This document shows, piece after piece, positions 1 to 14,567 of a stretch of 64,000 nucleotides of DNA. Source of the DNA: Neoechinorhynchus agilis (lineage: Eukaryota; Animalia; Acanthocephala); NCBI GenBank assembly GCA_051530055.1, contig CM121341.1, forward strand, positions 2,407,561 through 2,471,560, read 5' to 3'. Below the pieces are notes generated by a model, which searched no databases, was not told the origin of the DNA, and saw only the letters and a program-made list of their open reading frames with translations. The stretch's first letter is position 1. The number at the start of each line of letters is the position of its first letter. A program made the translations under genes and the position numbers.

Positions 1-310
1 TTTTTAGGTAAAACAAAATTTTTTTTCTATTTTAAAGAATATTAAATTCTTATCAATGTGTGACCTTTATCGCGGCTGATAATTTTCCTTGGACACACAG
101 CCCACCGATCTAGTTCAGGGAAGCGCATAAAGTCACTCAATACACTGAATCATTCGGTATGAGTTTGTACATCCCTCCGGATCCTCAAATACCTCCTGAG
201 AAGGCGGGACCCCGTGATCCCGACTAAGGGTCAAGTGGTTCGAATCCGTTACCTCGAATGACGCACAACCAAAGGGGACGAAATATCTCGTTGAAGGGAG
301 GAATTCAGTA

Positions 311-2808
311 ACATCAGACTGGGGCAGGTAACAAGATCAGTGCGGTCAACCTTTACCAATACATCATTTGCTCATTTACGAAACATTGAACTAAACGAAA
401 TAACTATGACTTATGGTAAACATCGTTTTGGATCGATTACTAAGCAAATCATGACGCTGGCTCATCTTTGAACGAACCGATCTTGTTCTCCGATCATTTC
501 ATCACCGAGAATTATTATTTATTGGCATCTATAAGGAATTATTTCGATTTACCACATTTAAGGAACGGTGTTTGAACATGTTCAGAAATTCAAACATAGC
601 TGAATTGTGGGTTGCAAAAGAAGTAAAATACTAAAATGGGATCAGATCGATATTTCATCGGGCATTCGTAGGTGGGGAATATTTTTCGGATCATCATTGT
701 CCAAAGAAAGAAATTCGAGATAGAACGGTCGGCTTATAATTTATATAATTAACGCTCGCAAAATTCTAAAATACTAAATTGAACATCAGACTGGGGCTGG
801 TAACATGATCAGTAAGGTCAATCTTTACCAATTCATCATTTGTTCATTGACCACCAAAAGAGCGAATTACAACTATGACCTACGGTAGTCATCATTTTAG
901 ATCGGTTCAACATTAACTACCAAAAAGCACAGTTCATGATATTGTCTTCCTGAGCAATCACCACCGAAAATTGTTCTTGGTGGCGCCTATAAGGGATTAT
1001 TTCGATTTGCCACATTTAAGGAACGGTGTTTGAACATGTTCAGAAATTCAAACATAGCTGAATTGTGGGTTGTAAAAGAAGAAAAACACTAAAATGGGCT
1101 CAGATCGAAATTTTCATCAGGTATTCTAGAGTAGCAAGTATTTTTCGGATCATCATTGCCCAAAGAAAGAAATTCGGGATAGAACGGCCGGCTTATGATT
1201 AATGTAATTAGCGCTAGAAAATAAAAAAATGAAATTGAACATCAGACTGGGGTTGGAAATAAAATCAGTCCGCTCAATCCTTACGAATTCATAATTTGCT
1301 CATTTACGAAACAATTAAGCAAACGAAATAACTATGACTTATGGTAAACATCGTTTTGGTCCGTAACTAAAAAAACTACAACGCAGGCTCATCTTTGAAC
1401 GAAGCGATCTTGTTCTCCGATCATTTCACCGCCGAGAATTATTCTTGGTGGCTAATAAAAGAAATTATTTCGATTTACGGCATCTAAAGAAGCGTGTTTG
1501 AACATGTTCAAAAATTCAAACATTGCTGGATTGGGGGTCGTAAAAAAACAAAAATGGATTCAGATCAATATTTTCATCAGGCATACAAGAGTAGCAAGTA
1601 ATTTCAGGATCATCTATGTCCAAAGAGAGAAATTCGAGATAGAACGGCCGGCTTATGATAAATATACTAAACGATAGATAAATTCGAAAAGTCTAATTGA
1701 ACATTTCACTGAGGCTGGAGCAAAGACCATTGCGATCAATCTTTACCAATCCATCATTAGCTAATTTACCATAAAAAGAGCCAATCAGAATAACTATGAC
1801 TAATTGTAAACATCATTTTGGATCGGTTTCTAAGAAAATCATCACGCTGGCTCATCTTTGCACGTTACGATCGTGTTCGCCGAAAACAAGACAAAGGAGA
1901 ATTAATCTTAAGGTGCCTAAAAGGGATTATTTCGATTTACCACATTAAAGGAACGGTGTTTGAACATGTTAAAAAATTCAAACATAGCTGAACTGTGGGT
2001 TGTAAAAGAAGAGAAAAACTAAAATGGACTCAAATCGATATTTTCACACCAAGCTTTCAAGAGTAACAAATATTTTTCGGATCATCATCGTCCAAAGGAA
2101 GAATATCAAAATGGAACGGTCGGCGTAATCATAATATCATAAGCGCTCGAAAAGTTAAAATAAATGAAATCGAACATCAGACAGGGGCAGGCAACAAGAT
2201 CAGTCCCATCAATCTTTACCAATACATCATTTAACAAAACGATATAACTATGAATTGTGGTAAATATTATTTTGGAACCATTACTAAGCAAATTATGACG
2301 CTGGCTCATCTTTGCACGTAACGAACTTGTTCTCCGATCACTTCACCGCCGAAAATTATTCTTGGTGGCGCCTATAAGGAATTATTTCGATTTACCACAT
2401 TAAAGGAACGGTGTTTGAACATGTTAAAAAATTCAAACATAGCTGAATTGTGGGTTGCAAAAGAGGAGCAAAACTAAAATGGACTCAGATCGATATTCTA
2501 ATCAGGCATTCAAGAGTAGCAAATATTTTTCGGATCATCATTGCCCACAGAAAGAAATTAGAGATAGAACGGCCGGCTTATGATAAATATACTTAGCGAT
2601 CGCAAAATTCGAAAAATGGAATTGAACATTTGACTGGGGCTGGAGCCAAGACCATTGCGATCAATCTTTACCAATCCATCATTTGATCATTGACCATCCG
2701 AAGAGCAAATAACTACAATGACTTACGGGAATCATCATTTTGGATCAGTTTAGAGTGAATTAACCACAAGCCCGAATTTATGGTATTATCCTCCTGAACA
2801 ATCACCAC
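311..2808. repeat. Block of diverged ~460-bp satellite monomers (further blocks at 6157-8855 and 12199-14365)
   Basis: Monomer anchor GAACATCAGACTGGGG or a variant at ~311, 782, 1238, 1700, 2173, 2625. Shared motifs include GGAACGGTGTTTGAACATGTT and TTTTTCGGATCATCAT. Confidence 0.9.
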
Positions 2809-5800
2809 AGCGCTTTTATGAAACATTTCAAGACGACGGATTTGAGATTTAGATAGGTTGTAGAAGAAGGGAATAACCGTTGGCGAGGGAGGGTAAAATA
2901 AAGGTGAATGAAGTAAGAGTAGCAGAGATTGGGCAAAGAGATTCCTAAATGTCGGAGGTGTTTGAAGAGGTAAGTTTTAAAGATATTGTGCTTAAAGAGG
3001 AGTGATATTTGCGAGTTTTATTTTATGTTCTATTTAAATTGGAGACCCAGAATTCCGAGGAAGGTGACTCGTAGGATGTCATTTAGAAGCTCGGGGGAGG
3101 ACGTGCGGTTGCGGGAGATTGGCGGGATTATTTTGAAGGCGTTAAGAGAAATTCAGGTTGCGTTTTTGATTGGTGAAGAAATCTTTTATGTGTGCGATTT
3201 CGTTAGAGGTTTAATAGAGGGAGAGGTGGGGCGGTGATTGGGTGATGAGGGTGCGATTGTCTGAACAAAACAAATTTTTGAAGTGAAATCAGAGAGGTTT
3301 GAGGTCGTTTTAGAAAATATTAAGAAGTCATGACCGCCCAACACCTTGAGGTAGACCTATGGCGAGGGATAGGCTGATCGAGGAGGTAGAGCGGCAGTGA
3401 ATGTATTGTTGTGTGAGGATAAGAGTTGAGCCAGCGGATATGCCACAAGTTGATACCAAAATCGGAACGGGTCTGGAGGAGTGAATGGTCCACGGAATCG
3501 AATGCTTTTGATAAGTCCAGTTGAATGAGGCGGGTGACGTGGGAGGGATTATTCTCGAGGTTTCGTAGGAACGTGTAAGAAAGTCAAACTACGGCGTCGG
3601 TTGCAGAAAGTTTTGGCTGGAAACCGAATTGAATAAGTGCACTTTTTCGAGATTGTGGATTGGCAGGTGTACTTTGAAGAACCTCGTTAAAATTTTAGAG
3701 AAGGCAAGTAACATAGGAATGGGTAGATGATAAATTGGGGTGGGTATAAGTTTAACTGCTTTCGGTAGCAGGGTTAACCGAGGTGTTTTAGGGCAATTAG
3801 GGAAGATTCTGGTCTTGAAACTTTGGATGATTATATGGTTAAGTGGATCAATTAAATTTAGGATGATAATGCGTAGAGCGCAGCCAGGAATGGAAGAGTT
3901 AGAGGACGATTTTGTGTGGTAGTTTTGCTCAGCGTTAGGATATCATACGTCGAAATCATTAAAGGTGAATCTGTAAAAGCTGAGAACGGTTATGTAGATC
4001 TGGAAGGGGATGATGGTTTGTTTGTGTTCTACCGAGAGTCACAAAGTTACGCATTGATAGAGTTTAGTGTAGCATTGTGGTCGGAGTTTGAGAGGTTAGA
4101 GGAAGGTCTTTGTTTTTTATTACGCGAGACCAATTTGGTAAATGCGAAAATATGTTGATCTCTCTCATCCCAGACCGTAAAGGGGGATGATCGTACGGGT
4201 TGAGGACAAGCGGAGGGAGAGACGATTATTGCGCAATGATCTGTGGATGAAATTGGAGGTAGTTTTTTAGTAACCTTGTATTTGTAGATGTTAGTAATGA
4301 TTTTATTGATATATCAATTGTGGCGGGTAGGAAATTTTACTAATTGGACGTAGTCAAGGAGAGATAGTGATGTAGGAAGATTATTGAAATCACCAAGAAT
4401 GGTTAGATGTTCAAGACCAAGAGAGTGAAGATTTGCTATCATTGCATCAATCTCCTGTGATGTCATTTGTAGGGACGATGGATACAGGTAATGGTTAAAT
4501 TTCGGCCGCCTGAGAGAAGGTTGAGAGAGAGCGTTATGTAGATGCACACTAAGTATATTGATTGGTAAGGAGTTGAGGGGGGAAGGAGTAAGGGAGGTCG
4601 GACCGAATGAAAATGGAGACCACCTCCTACGCGTTCGTTTCTATAAGAGTGGAAAGAAGTGTAGCCAAGGATCAAGACGATGTCAGAATCCGAGGAGTGC
4701 AGCCTTGTTTCCATACAGAGCAGAATGTCTTTTTTTTGTAGTGGCTAAAAGTGAAAGATGATCTATTTTTGGTAACAGTCCTCTTATGTTAGTGAAAAGA
4801 ATGGAGGGAAAGGGCTGTTTGAAGGAGCTTGAAGGGGCATGTAGTTTGCCGAAGTTAACTGGTGGAAGTGTTCAATGGATGTGTTCCTTAGCGTATTTAG
4901 AGTGAGTGGCAATGTTTGAATTTGCCAACGTGCAGTGGAGATTTTTGGAGGTGCCTAAAAATTTACCTGTGAGTGGTTTGAGTAGGTTTTATCTTATAAT
5001 AAGTTATTAAAACGTGAAGACAAGACGGTTGTCCATAGGCGAATGATGGATGTACTTAACAGTTTGAAGTGAGCGGTCTGGGTAACTGTGGTATGGTAGG
5101 GAGGGATTGACAGGTAAGAAGCGCTTTTGATAAAAGGACGATGCGGTCTTTGTTAGATGGAAAGTGATTTTGAGTTGACGAGGACGGGAGTTATCATAGT
5201 TTTTTGGAAGTCCGCTGAGAGACCCGGGAAGGAAAGAGAAAAACGGACTCGAGAAAGAGTTGTCGACATACAATATTAAGGTGATGAATGTAGTGTTCTT
5301 GAAGGTCTATTTTGAACAATGCTGTGATTTCAAGAATACCTAAGAGGGAGATTTTAGGCGTAGGTCTATAGTTGGACGATATATTTTAATATTGTTGGTT
5401 GCTGTAGGGCTGTTGCGGTGTTTGTTGAGAAAGATTGGTTTTGCGGTAGGCATTAGTGGTAGAGGCGTATGGATGTTTTCGAAGTAAAGGTCTTGTGGGA
5501 GACGGTTTTTTGCGTAAGTATTCAAAGAAGGTGGGGAAATTTTCAGATAGTTTGATATGCAATTTTTAGAGAGTTTGGTGAGGAGTTTTGGGAGTTTCGA
5601 GAAGTTAAGGAGCATGGTTTGGAGTTTGTAAGAGGTGGGGCGAATTATGAGCAACGAGGGATGATCGCCGAGGTGGAGAAGGTATCATTACAGAAATGAA
5701 TGGGAGCGTTGATTGATTTTGATGGTGTTGGTGTCAACCTTATATCCTTATAGACATTATTCCTTCCTTTTGTTCTTGCTCCAAATCGTTCAGATGTTTC

Positions 5801-6156
5801 TTCGACCTTACGTTCGACCATAGCTTTCTTGGTAGTTACTTCGGCTGGATCGCTTTCGTTTTCCTTATCGTTACTTTTTATCCTAATAACAATATCATAC
5901 TCTTCCACAGTAATTTTAGAATATTAAAGTACTCCAGGCTACATACCCTCTAAGGGTGGTATCAGGTCCCCAATTATTGTCGAAATATTCAGTCTTTCGA
6001 GCACAAGTCGTTCCAAACGAATCTTCGTTTGAGTTTGGCATACTCTGTGGCCGTTTCACAAGTCGATTTCTGTAAACTTTTAGCCTATTTCTTAGAATTC
6101 AACTTTGCCGGCTTCAAAGTGTTTAATACGTTAAAAATATAAGACATCGTTGGATG
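2809..6156 (-). mobile_element. Decayed non-LTR retrotransposon (CR1/L2-like): ORF1 remnants, APE endonuclease and RT, 3'-truncated
   Basis: Minus-strand fragments: METRL...GYTSFHSYRNERVGGG and LTILGDFN...QLVKFPTRHN (APE). PTPIYHLPIPMLLAFSKILTRF (RT N-terminal region; read in ORF 9629-10000 of the second copy). RPRQLKITF (ORF1-like). Many stops and frameshifts. Confidence 0.85.
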
Positions 6157-8855
6157 GTGGGTTGTAAAAGAAGAAAAATACTAAAATAGACCCAAATCGA
6201 TTTCAATATCAGGCTTTCAAGAACAACCAATATTTTTCGAATCAAAGCAATCCAAGGGAACAAAATAGAGATTGAACGGTCGGCTCAATCATAATATAAC
6301 AAGCGCTCGCAAAGTTGGAAAAAATGAAATCGAACATCAGACTGGGGCAGGTAACAAGATCAGTGCGGTCAACCTTTACCAATACATCATTTGCTCATTT
6401 ACGAAACATTGAACTAAACGAAATAACTATGACTTATGGTAAACATCGTTTTGGATCGATTACTAAGCAAATCATTACGCTGGCTCATCTTTGAACGAAC
6501 CGATCTTGTTCTCCGATCATTTCATCACCGAGAATTATTATTTATTGGCATCTATAAGGAATTATTTCGATTTACCACATTTAAGGAACGGTGTTTGAAC
6601 ATGTTCAGAAATTCAAACATAGCTGAATTGTGGGTTGCAAAAGAAGTAAAATACTAAAATGGGATCAGATCGATATTTCATCGGGCATTCGTAGGTGGGG
6701 AATATTTTTCGGATCATCATTGTCCAAAGAAAGAAATTCGAGATAGAACGGTCGGCTTATAATTTATATAATTAACGCTCGCAAAATTCTAAAATACTAA
6801 ATTGAACATCAGACTGGGGCTGGTAACATGATCAGTAAGGTCAATCTTTACCAATTCATCATTTGTTCATTGACCACCAAAAGAGCGAATTACAACTATG
6901 ACCTACGGTAGTCATCATTTTAGATCGGTTCAACATTAACTACCAAAAAGCACAGTTCATGATATTGTCTTCCTGAGCAATCACCACCGAAAATTGTTCT
7001 TGGTGGCGCCTATAAGGGATTATTTCGATTTGCCACATTTAAGGAACGGTGTTTGAACATGTTCAGAAATTCAAACATAGCTGAATTGTGGGTTGTAAAA
7101 GAAGAAAAACACTAAAATGGGCTCAGATCGAAATTTTCATCAGGTATTCTAGAGTAGCAAGTATTTTTCGGATCATCATTGCCCAAAGAAAGAAATTCGG
7201 GATAGAACGGCCGGCTTATGATTAATGTAATTAGCGCTAGAAAATAAAAAAATGAAATTGAACATCAGACTGGGGTTGGAAATAAAATCAGTCCGCTCAA
7301 TCCTTACGAATTCATAATTTGCTCATTTACGAAACAATTAAGCAAACGAAATAACTATGACTTATGGTAAACATCGTTTTGGTCCGTAACTAAAAAAACT
7401 ACAACGCAGGCTCATCTTTGAACGAAGCGATCTTGTTCTCCGATCATTTCACCGCCGAGAATTATTCTTGGTGGCTAATAAAAGAAATTATTTCGATTTA
7501 CCACATAAAAGGAACGGTGTTTGAACATGTTCAAAAAATTCAAACATTGCTGGATTGGGGTCGTAAAAAAACAAAAAATGTGAAATGGATTCAGATCAAT
7601 ATTTTCATCAGGCATACAAGAGTAGCAAGTAATTTCAGGATCATCTATGTCCAAAGAGAGAAATTCGAGATAGAACGGCCGGCTTATGATAAATATACTA
7701 AACGATAGATAAATTCGAAGTCTAATTGAACATTTCACTGAGGCTGGAGCAAAGACCATTGCGATCAATCTTTACCAATCCATCATTAGCTAATTTACCA
7801 TAAAAAGAGCCAATCAGAATAACTATGACTAATTGTAAACATCATTTTGGATCGGTTTCTAAGAAAATCATCACGCTGGCTCATCTTTGCACGTTACGAT
7901 CGTGTTCGCCGAAAACAAGACAAAGGAGAATTAATCTTAAGGTGCCTAAAAGGAATTATTTCGATTTACCACATAAAAGGAACGGTGTTTGAACATGTTA
8001 AAAATTCAAACATAGCTGAACTGTGGGTTGTAAAAGAAGAGAAAAACTAAAATGGACTCAAATCGATATTTTCACACCAAGCTTTCAAGAGTAGCAAATA
8101 TTTTTCGGATCATCATCGTCCAAAGGAAGAATATCAAAATGGAACGGTCGGCGTAATCATAATATCATAAGCGCTCGAAAAGTTAAAATAAATGAAATCG
8201 AACATCAGACAGGGGCAGGCAAAAAGATCAGTCCCATCAATCTTTACCAATACATCATTTGCTCATTTACGAAACATTTAACAAAACGATATAACTATGA
8301 ATTGTGGTAAATATTATTTTGGATCCATTGCTAAGCAAATTATGACGCTGGCTCATCTTTGCACGTAACGAACTTGTTCTCCGATCACTTCACCACCGAA
8401 AATTATTCTTGGTGGCGCCTATAAGGAATTATTTCGATTTACCACATTAAAGGAACGGTGTTTGAACATGTTAAAAAATTCAAACATAGCTGAATTGTGG
8501 GTTGCAAAAGAAGAGCAAAACTAAAATGGACTCAGATCGATATTCTAATCCGGCATTCAAGAGTAGCAAATATTTTTCGGATCATCATTGCCCACAGAAA
8601 GAAATTAGAGATAGAACGGCCGGCTTATGATAAATATACTTAGCGATCGCAAAATTCGAAAAATGGAATTGAACATTTGACTGGGGCTGGAGCCAAGACC
8701 ATTGCGATCAATCTTTACCAATCCATCATTTGATCATTGACCATCCGAAGAGCAAATAACTACAATGACTTACGGGAATCATCATTTTGGATCAGTTTAG
8801 AGTGAATTAACCACAAGCCCGAATTTATGGTATTGTCCTCCTGAACAATCACCAC

Positions 8856-11800
8856 AGCGCTTTTATGAAACATTTCAAGACGACGGATTTGAGATTTAGA
8901 TAGGTTGTAGAAGAAGGGAATAACCGTTGGCGAGGGAGGGTAAAATAAAGGTGAATGAAGTAAGAGTAGCAGAGATTGGGCAAAGAGATTCCTAAATGTC
9001 GGAGGTGTTTGAAGAGGTAAGTTTTAAAGATATTGTGCTTAAAGAGGAGTGATATTTGCGAGTTTTATTTTATGTTCTATTTAAATTGGAGACCCAGAAT
9101 TCCGAGGAAGGTGACTCGTAGGATGTCATTTAGAAGCTCGGGGAGGGATGTAAGGTTGTGGGAAATGGCGGATTATTTGAAGGCGTTAAGAGAAATTCAG
9201 GTTGCGTTTTTGATTGGTGTAGTCCTTATGTGTGCGATTTCGTTAGAGGTTTAATAGAGGGAGAGGTGGGGCGGTGATTGGGTGATGAGGGTGCGATTGT
9301 CTGAACAAAACAAATTTTTGAAGTGAAATCAGAGAGGTTTGAGGTCGTTTTAGAAAATATTAAGAAGTCATGACCGCCCAACACCTTGAGGTAGACCTAT
9401 GGCGAGGGATAGGCTGATCGAGGAGGTAGAGCGGCAGTGAATGTATTGTTGTGTGAGGATAAGAGTTGAGCCAGCGGATATGCCACAAGTTGATACCAAA
9501 ATCGGAACGGGTCTGGAGGAGTGAATGGTCCACGGAATCGAATGCTTTTGATAAGTCCAGTTGAATGAGGCGGGTGACGTGGGAGGGATTATTCTCGAGG
9601 TTTCGTAGGAACGTGTAAGAAAGTCAAACTACGGCGTCGGTTGCAGAAAGTTTTGGCTGGAAACCGAATTGAATAAGTGCACTTTTTCGAGATTGTGGAT
9701 TGGCAGGTGTACTTTGAAGAACCTCGTTAAAATTTTAGAGAAGGCAAGTAACATAGGAATGGGTAGATGATAAATTGGGGTGGGTATAAGTTTAACTGCT
9801 TTCGGTAGCAGGGTTAACCGAGGTGTTTTAGGGCAATTAGGGAAGATTCTGGTCTTGAAACTTTGGATGATTATATGGTTAAGTGGATCAATTAAATTTA
9901 GGATGATAATGCGTAGAGCGCAGCCAGGAATGGAAGAGTTAGAGGACGATTTGTGTGGTAGTTTTCGAAGTAGCGTTAGGATATCATACGTCGAAATCAT
10001 TAAAGGTGAATCTGTAAAAGCTGAGAACGGTTATGTAGATCTGGAAGGGGATGATGGTTTGTTTGTGTTCTACTGAGAGTCACAAAGTTACGCATTGATA
10101 GAGTTTAGTGTAGCATTGTGGTCGGAGTTTGAGAGGTTAGAGGAAGGTCTTTGTTTTTTATTACGCGAGACCAATTTGGTAAATGCGAAAATGTGTTGAT
10201 CTCTCTCATCCCAGACCGTAAAGGGGGATGATCGTACGGGTTGAGGACAAGCGGAGGGAGAGACGATTATTGCGCAATGATCTGTGGATGAAATTGGAGG
10301 TAGTTTTTTAGTAACCTTGTATTTGTAGATGTTAGTAATGATTTTATTGAGATATCAATTGTGGCGGGTAGGAAATTTTACTAATTGGACGTAGTCAAGG
10401 AGAGATAGTGATGTAGGAAGATTATTGAAATCACCAAGAATGGTTAGATGTTCAAGACCAAGAGAGTGAAGATTTGCTATCATTGCATCAATCTCCTGTG
10501 ATGTCATTTGTAGGGACGATGGATACAGGTAATGGTTAAATTTCGGCCGCCTGAGAGAAGGTTGAGAGAGAGCGTTATGTAGATGCACACTAAGTATATT
10601 GATTGGTAAGGAGTTGAGGGGGGGAAGGAGTAAGGGAGGTCGGACCGAATGAAAATGGAGACCACCTCCTACGCGTTCGTTTCTGTAAGAGTGGAAAGAA
10701 GTGTAGCCAAGAATCAAGACGATGTCAGAATCCGAGGAGTGCAGCCTTGTTTCCATATAGAGCAGAATGTCTTTTTTTTGTAGTGGCTAAAAGTGAAAGA
10801 TGATCTATTTTTGGTAACAGTCTTCTTATGTTAGTGAAAAGAATGGAGGGAAAGGGTTGTTTGAAGGAGCTTGAAGGGGCATGTAATTTGCCGAAGTTAA
10901 CTGGTGGAAGTGTTCAATGGATGTGTTTCTTAGCGTATTTAGAGTGAGTGGCAATGTTTGAATTTGCCAACGTGCAGTGGAGATTTTTGGAGGTGCCTAA
11001 AAATTTACCTGTGAGTGGTTTGAGTAGGTTTTATCTTATAATAAGTTATTAAAACGTGAAGACAAGACGGTTGTCCATAGGCGAATGATGGATGTACTTA
11101 ACAGTTTGAAGTGAGCGGTCTGGGTAACTGTGGTATGGTAGGGAGGGATTGACAGGTAAGAAGCGCTTTTGATAAAAGGACGATGCGGTCTTTGTTAGAT
11201 GGAAAGTGATTTTGAGTTGACGAGGACGGGAGTTATCATAGTTTTTTGGAAGTCCGCTGAGAGACCCGGGAAGGAAAGAGAAAAACGGACTCGAGAAAGA
11301 GTTGTCGACATACAATATTAAGGTGATGAATGTAGTGTTCTTGAAGGTCTATTTTGAACAATGCTGTGATTTCAAGAATACCTAAGAGGGAGATTTTAGG
11401 CGTAGGTCTATAGTTGGACGATATATTTTAATATTGTTGGTTGCTGTAGGGCTGTTGCGGTGTTTGTTGAGAAAGATTGGTTTTGCGGTAGGCATTAGTG
11501 GTAGAGGCGTATGGATGTTTTCGAAGTAAAGGTCTTGTGGGAGACGGTTTTTTGCGTAAGTATTCAAAGAAGGTGGGGAAATTTTCAGATAGTTTGATAT
11601 GCAATTTTTAGAGAGTTTGGTGAGGAGTTTTGGGAGTTTCGAGAAGTTAAGGAGCATGGTTTGGAGTTTGTAAGAGGTGGGGCGAATTATGAGCAACGAG
11701 GGATGATCGCCGAGGTGGAGAAGGTATCATTACAGAAATGAATGGGAGCGTTGATTGATTTTGATGGTGTTGGTGTCAACCTTATATCCTTATAGACATT

Positions 11801-12198
11801 ATTCCTTCCTTTTGTTCTTGCTCCTAATCGTTCAGATGTTTCTTCGACCTTACGTTCGACCATAGCTTTCTTGGTAGTTACTTCAGCTGGATCGCTTTCG
11901 TTTACCTTATCGTTACTTTTTATCCCAATAACAATATCATACTCTTCCACAGTAATTTTAGAATATTAAAGTACTCCAGGCTACATACCCTCTAAGGGTG
12001 GTATCAGGTCCCCAATTATTGTCGAAATATTCAGTCTTTCGAGCACAAGTCGTTCCAAACGAATCTTCGTTTGAGTTTGGCATACTCTGTGGCCGCTTCA
12101 CAAGTCGATTTCTGTAAACTTTTAGCCTATTTCTTAGAATTCAACTTTGCCGGCTTCAAAGTGTTTAATACGTTAAAAATATAAGACATCGTTGGATG
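8856..12198 (-). mobile_element. Second copy of the decayed CR1/L2-like LINE within the higher-order repeat
   Basis: Near-identical to 2809-6156. ORFs 9629-10000 (RT) and 10355-10756 (APE). Confidence 0.85.
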
Positions 12199-14567
12199 GT
12201 GGGTTGTAAAAGAAGAAAAATACTAAAATAGACCCAAATCGATTTCAATATCAGGCTTTCAAGAACAACCAATATTTTTCGAATCAAAGCAATCCAAGGG
12301 AACAAAATAGAGATTGAACGGTCGGCTCAATCATAATATAACAAGCGCTCGCAAAGTTGGAAAAAATGAAATCGAACATCAGACTGGGGCAGGTAACAAG
12401 ATCAGTGCGGTCAACCTTTACCAATACATCATTTGCTCATTTACGAAACATTGAACTAAACGAAATAACTATGACTTATGGTAAACATCGTTTTGGATCG
12501 ATTACTAAGCAAATCATTACGCTGGCTCATCTTTGAACGAACCGATCTTGTTCTCCGATCATTTCATCACCGAGAATTATTATTTGTTGGCATCTATAAG
12601 GAATTATTTCGATTTACCACATTTAAGGAACGGTGTTTGAACATGTTCAGAAATTCAAACATAGCTGAATTGTGGGTTGCAAAAGAAGTAAAATACTAAA
12701 ATGGGATCAGATCGATATTTCATCGGGCATTCGTAGGTGGGGAATATTTTTCGGATCATCATTGTCCAAAGAAAGAAATTCGAGATAGAACGGTCGGCTT
12801 ATAATTTATATAATTAACGCTCGCAAAATTCTAAAATACTAAATTGAACATCAGACTGGGGCTGGTAACATGATCAGTAAGGTCAATCTCTACCAATTCA
12901 TCATTTGTTCATTGACCACCAAAAGAGCGAATTACAACTATGACCTACGGTAGTCATCATTTTAGATCGGTTCAACATTAACTACCAAAAAGCACAGTTC
13001 ATGATATTGTCTTCCTGAGCAATCACCACCGAAAATTGTTCTTGGTGGCGCCTATAAGGGATTATTTCGATTTGCCACATTTAAGGAACGGTGTTTGAAC
13101 ATGTTCAGAAATTCAAACATAGCTGAATTGTGGGTTGTAAAAGAAGAAAAACACTAAAATGGGCTCAGATCGAAATTTTCATCAGGTATTCTAGAGTAGC
13201 AAGTATTTTTCGGATCATCATTGCCCAAAGAAAGAAATTCGGGATAGAACGGCCGGCTTATGATTAATGTAATTAGCGCTAGAAAATAAAAAAATGAAAT
13301 TGAACATAAGACTGGGGTTGGAAATAAAATCAGTCCGCTCGATCCTTACGAATTCATAATTTGCTCATTTACGAAACAATTAAGCAAACGAAATAATTAT
13401 GACTTGTGGTAAACATCGTTTTGGTCCGTAACTAAAAAAACTACAACGCAGGCTCATCTTTGAACGAAGCGATCTTGTTCTCCGATCATTTCACCGCCGA
13501 GAATTATTCTTGGTGGCTAATAAAAGAAATTATTTCGATTTACCACATAAAAGGAACGGTGTTTGAACATGTTCAAAAATTCAAACATTGCTGGATTGGG
13601 GGTCGTAAAAAAAACAAAAATGGATTCAGATCAATATTTTCATCAGGCATACAAGAGTAGCAAGTAATTTCAGGATCATCTATGTCCAAAGAGAGAAATT
13701 CGAGATAGAACGGCCGGCTTATGATAAATATACTAAACGATAGATAAATTCGAAAAGTCTAATTGAACATTTCACTGAGGCTGGAGCAAAGACCATTGCG
13801 ATCAATCTTTACCAATCCATCATTAGCTAATTTACCATAAAATGAGCCAATCAGAATAACTATGACTAATTGTAAACATCATTTTGGATCGGTTTCTAAG
13901 AAAATCATCACGCTGGCTCATCTTTGCACGTTACGATCGTGTTCGCTGAAACAAGACAAAGGAGAATTAATCTTAAGGTGCTCTGCAAAGGGATTATTTC
14001 CGATTTACCACATTAAAGGAATGTGCTTGAATATGTTAAAAAATTCAAACATAGCTGAATTGTGGGTTGCAAAAGAAGAGCAAAACTAAAATGGACTCAG
14101 ATCGATATTCTAATCAGGCATTCAAGAGTAGCAAATATTTTTCGGATCATCATCGTCCAAAGGAAGAATATCAAAATGGAACGGTCGGCGTAATCATAAT
14201 ATCATAAGCGCTCGAAAAGTTAAAATAAATGAAATCGAACATCAGACAGGGGCAGGCAAAAAGATCAGTCCCATCAATCTTTACCAATACATCATTTGCT
14301 CATTTACGAAACATTTAACAAAACGATATAACTATGAATTGTGGTAAATATTATTTTGGATCCATTTGAAATGGCAAGATATGGAGGTTTGTGTACTGGG
14401 GAAAATTTCTAGACGTGTAAAAAAGAGCCCGAAAGAATCACGATTACGAGCGTCATTATCATGGCAATTTGGTCCTCGAAGGATGAATTTTAGACTTCTA
14501 ATTGGTAAAATCTGGTGAAAACAGTACGGCACCTTTATTTTGGCTGGCTCTCATGAATGTTTCAAAT

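Larger units (their letters stand above)
311..14365. repeat. Higher-order tandem repeat, unit ~6.03 kb (copies start at ~311, ~6334, ~12376; the third is partial)
   Basis: The anchor ACATCAGACTGGGGCAGGTAACAAG recurs at 311, 6334 and 12376. ORF-track proteins duplicate with a ~6042 offset (e.g. 5007/11049, 5340/11382). Confidence 0.95.

Noticed and set aside
215-270. Intact tRNA gene
   Set aside because: A T-loop motif is present, but no D-arm or acceptor stem could be built.
311-14365. Alternative genetic code explaining conserved stops in satellite frames
   Set aside because: Neighbouring conserved genes terminate normally with TAA, TAG and TGA.
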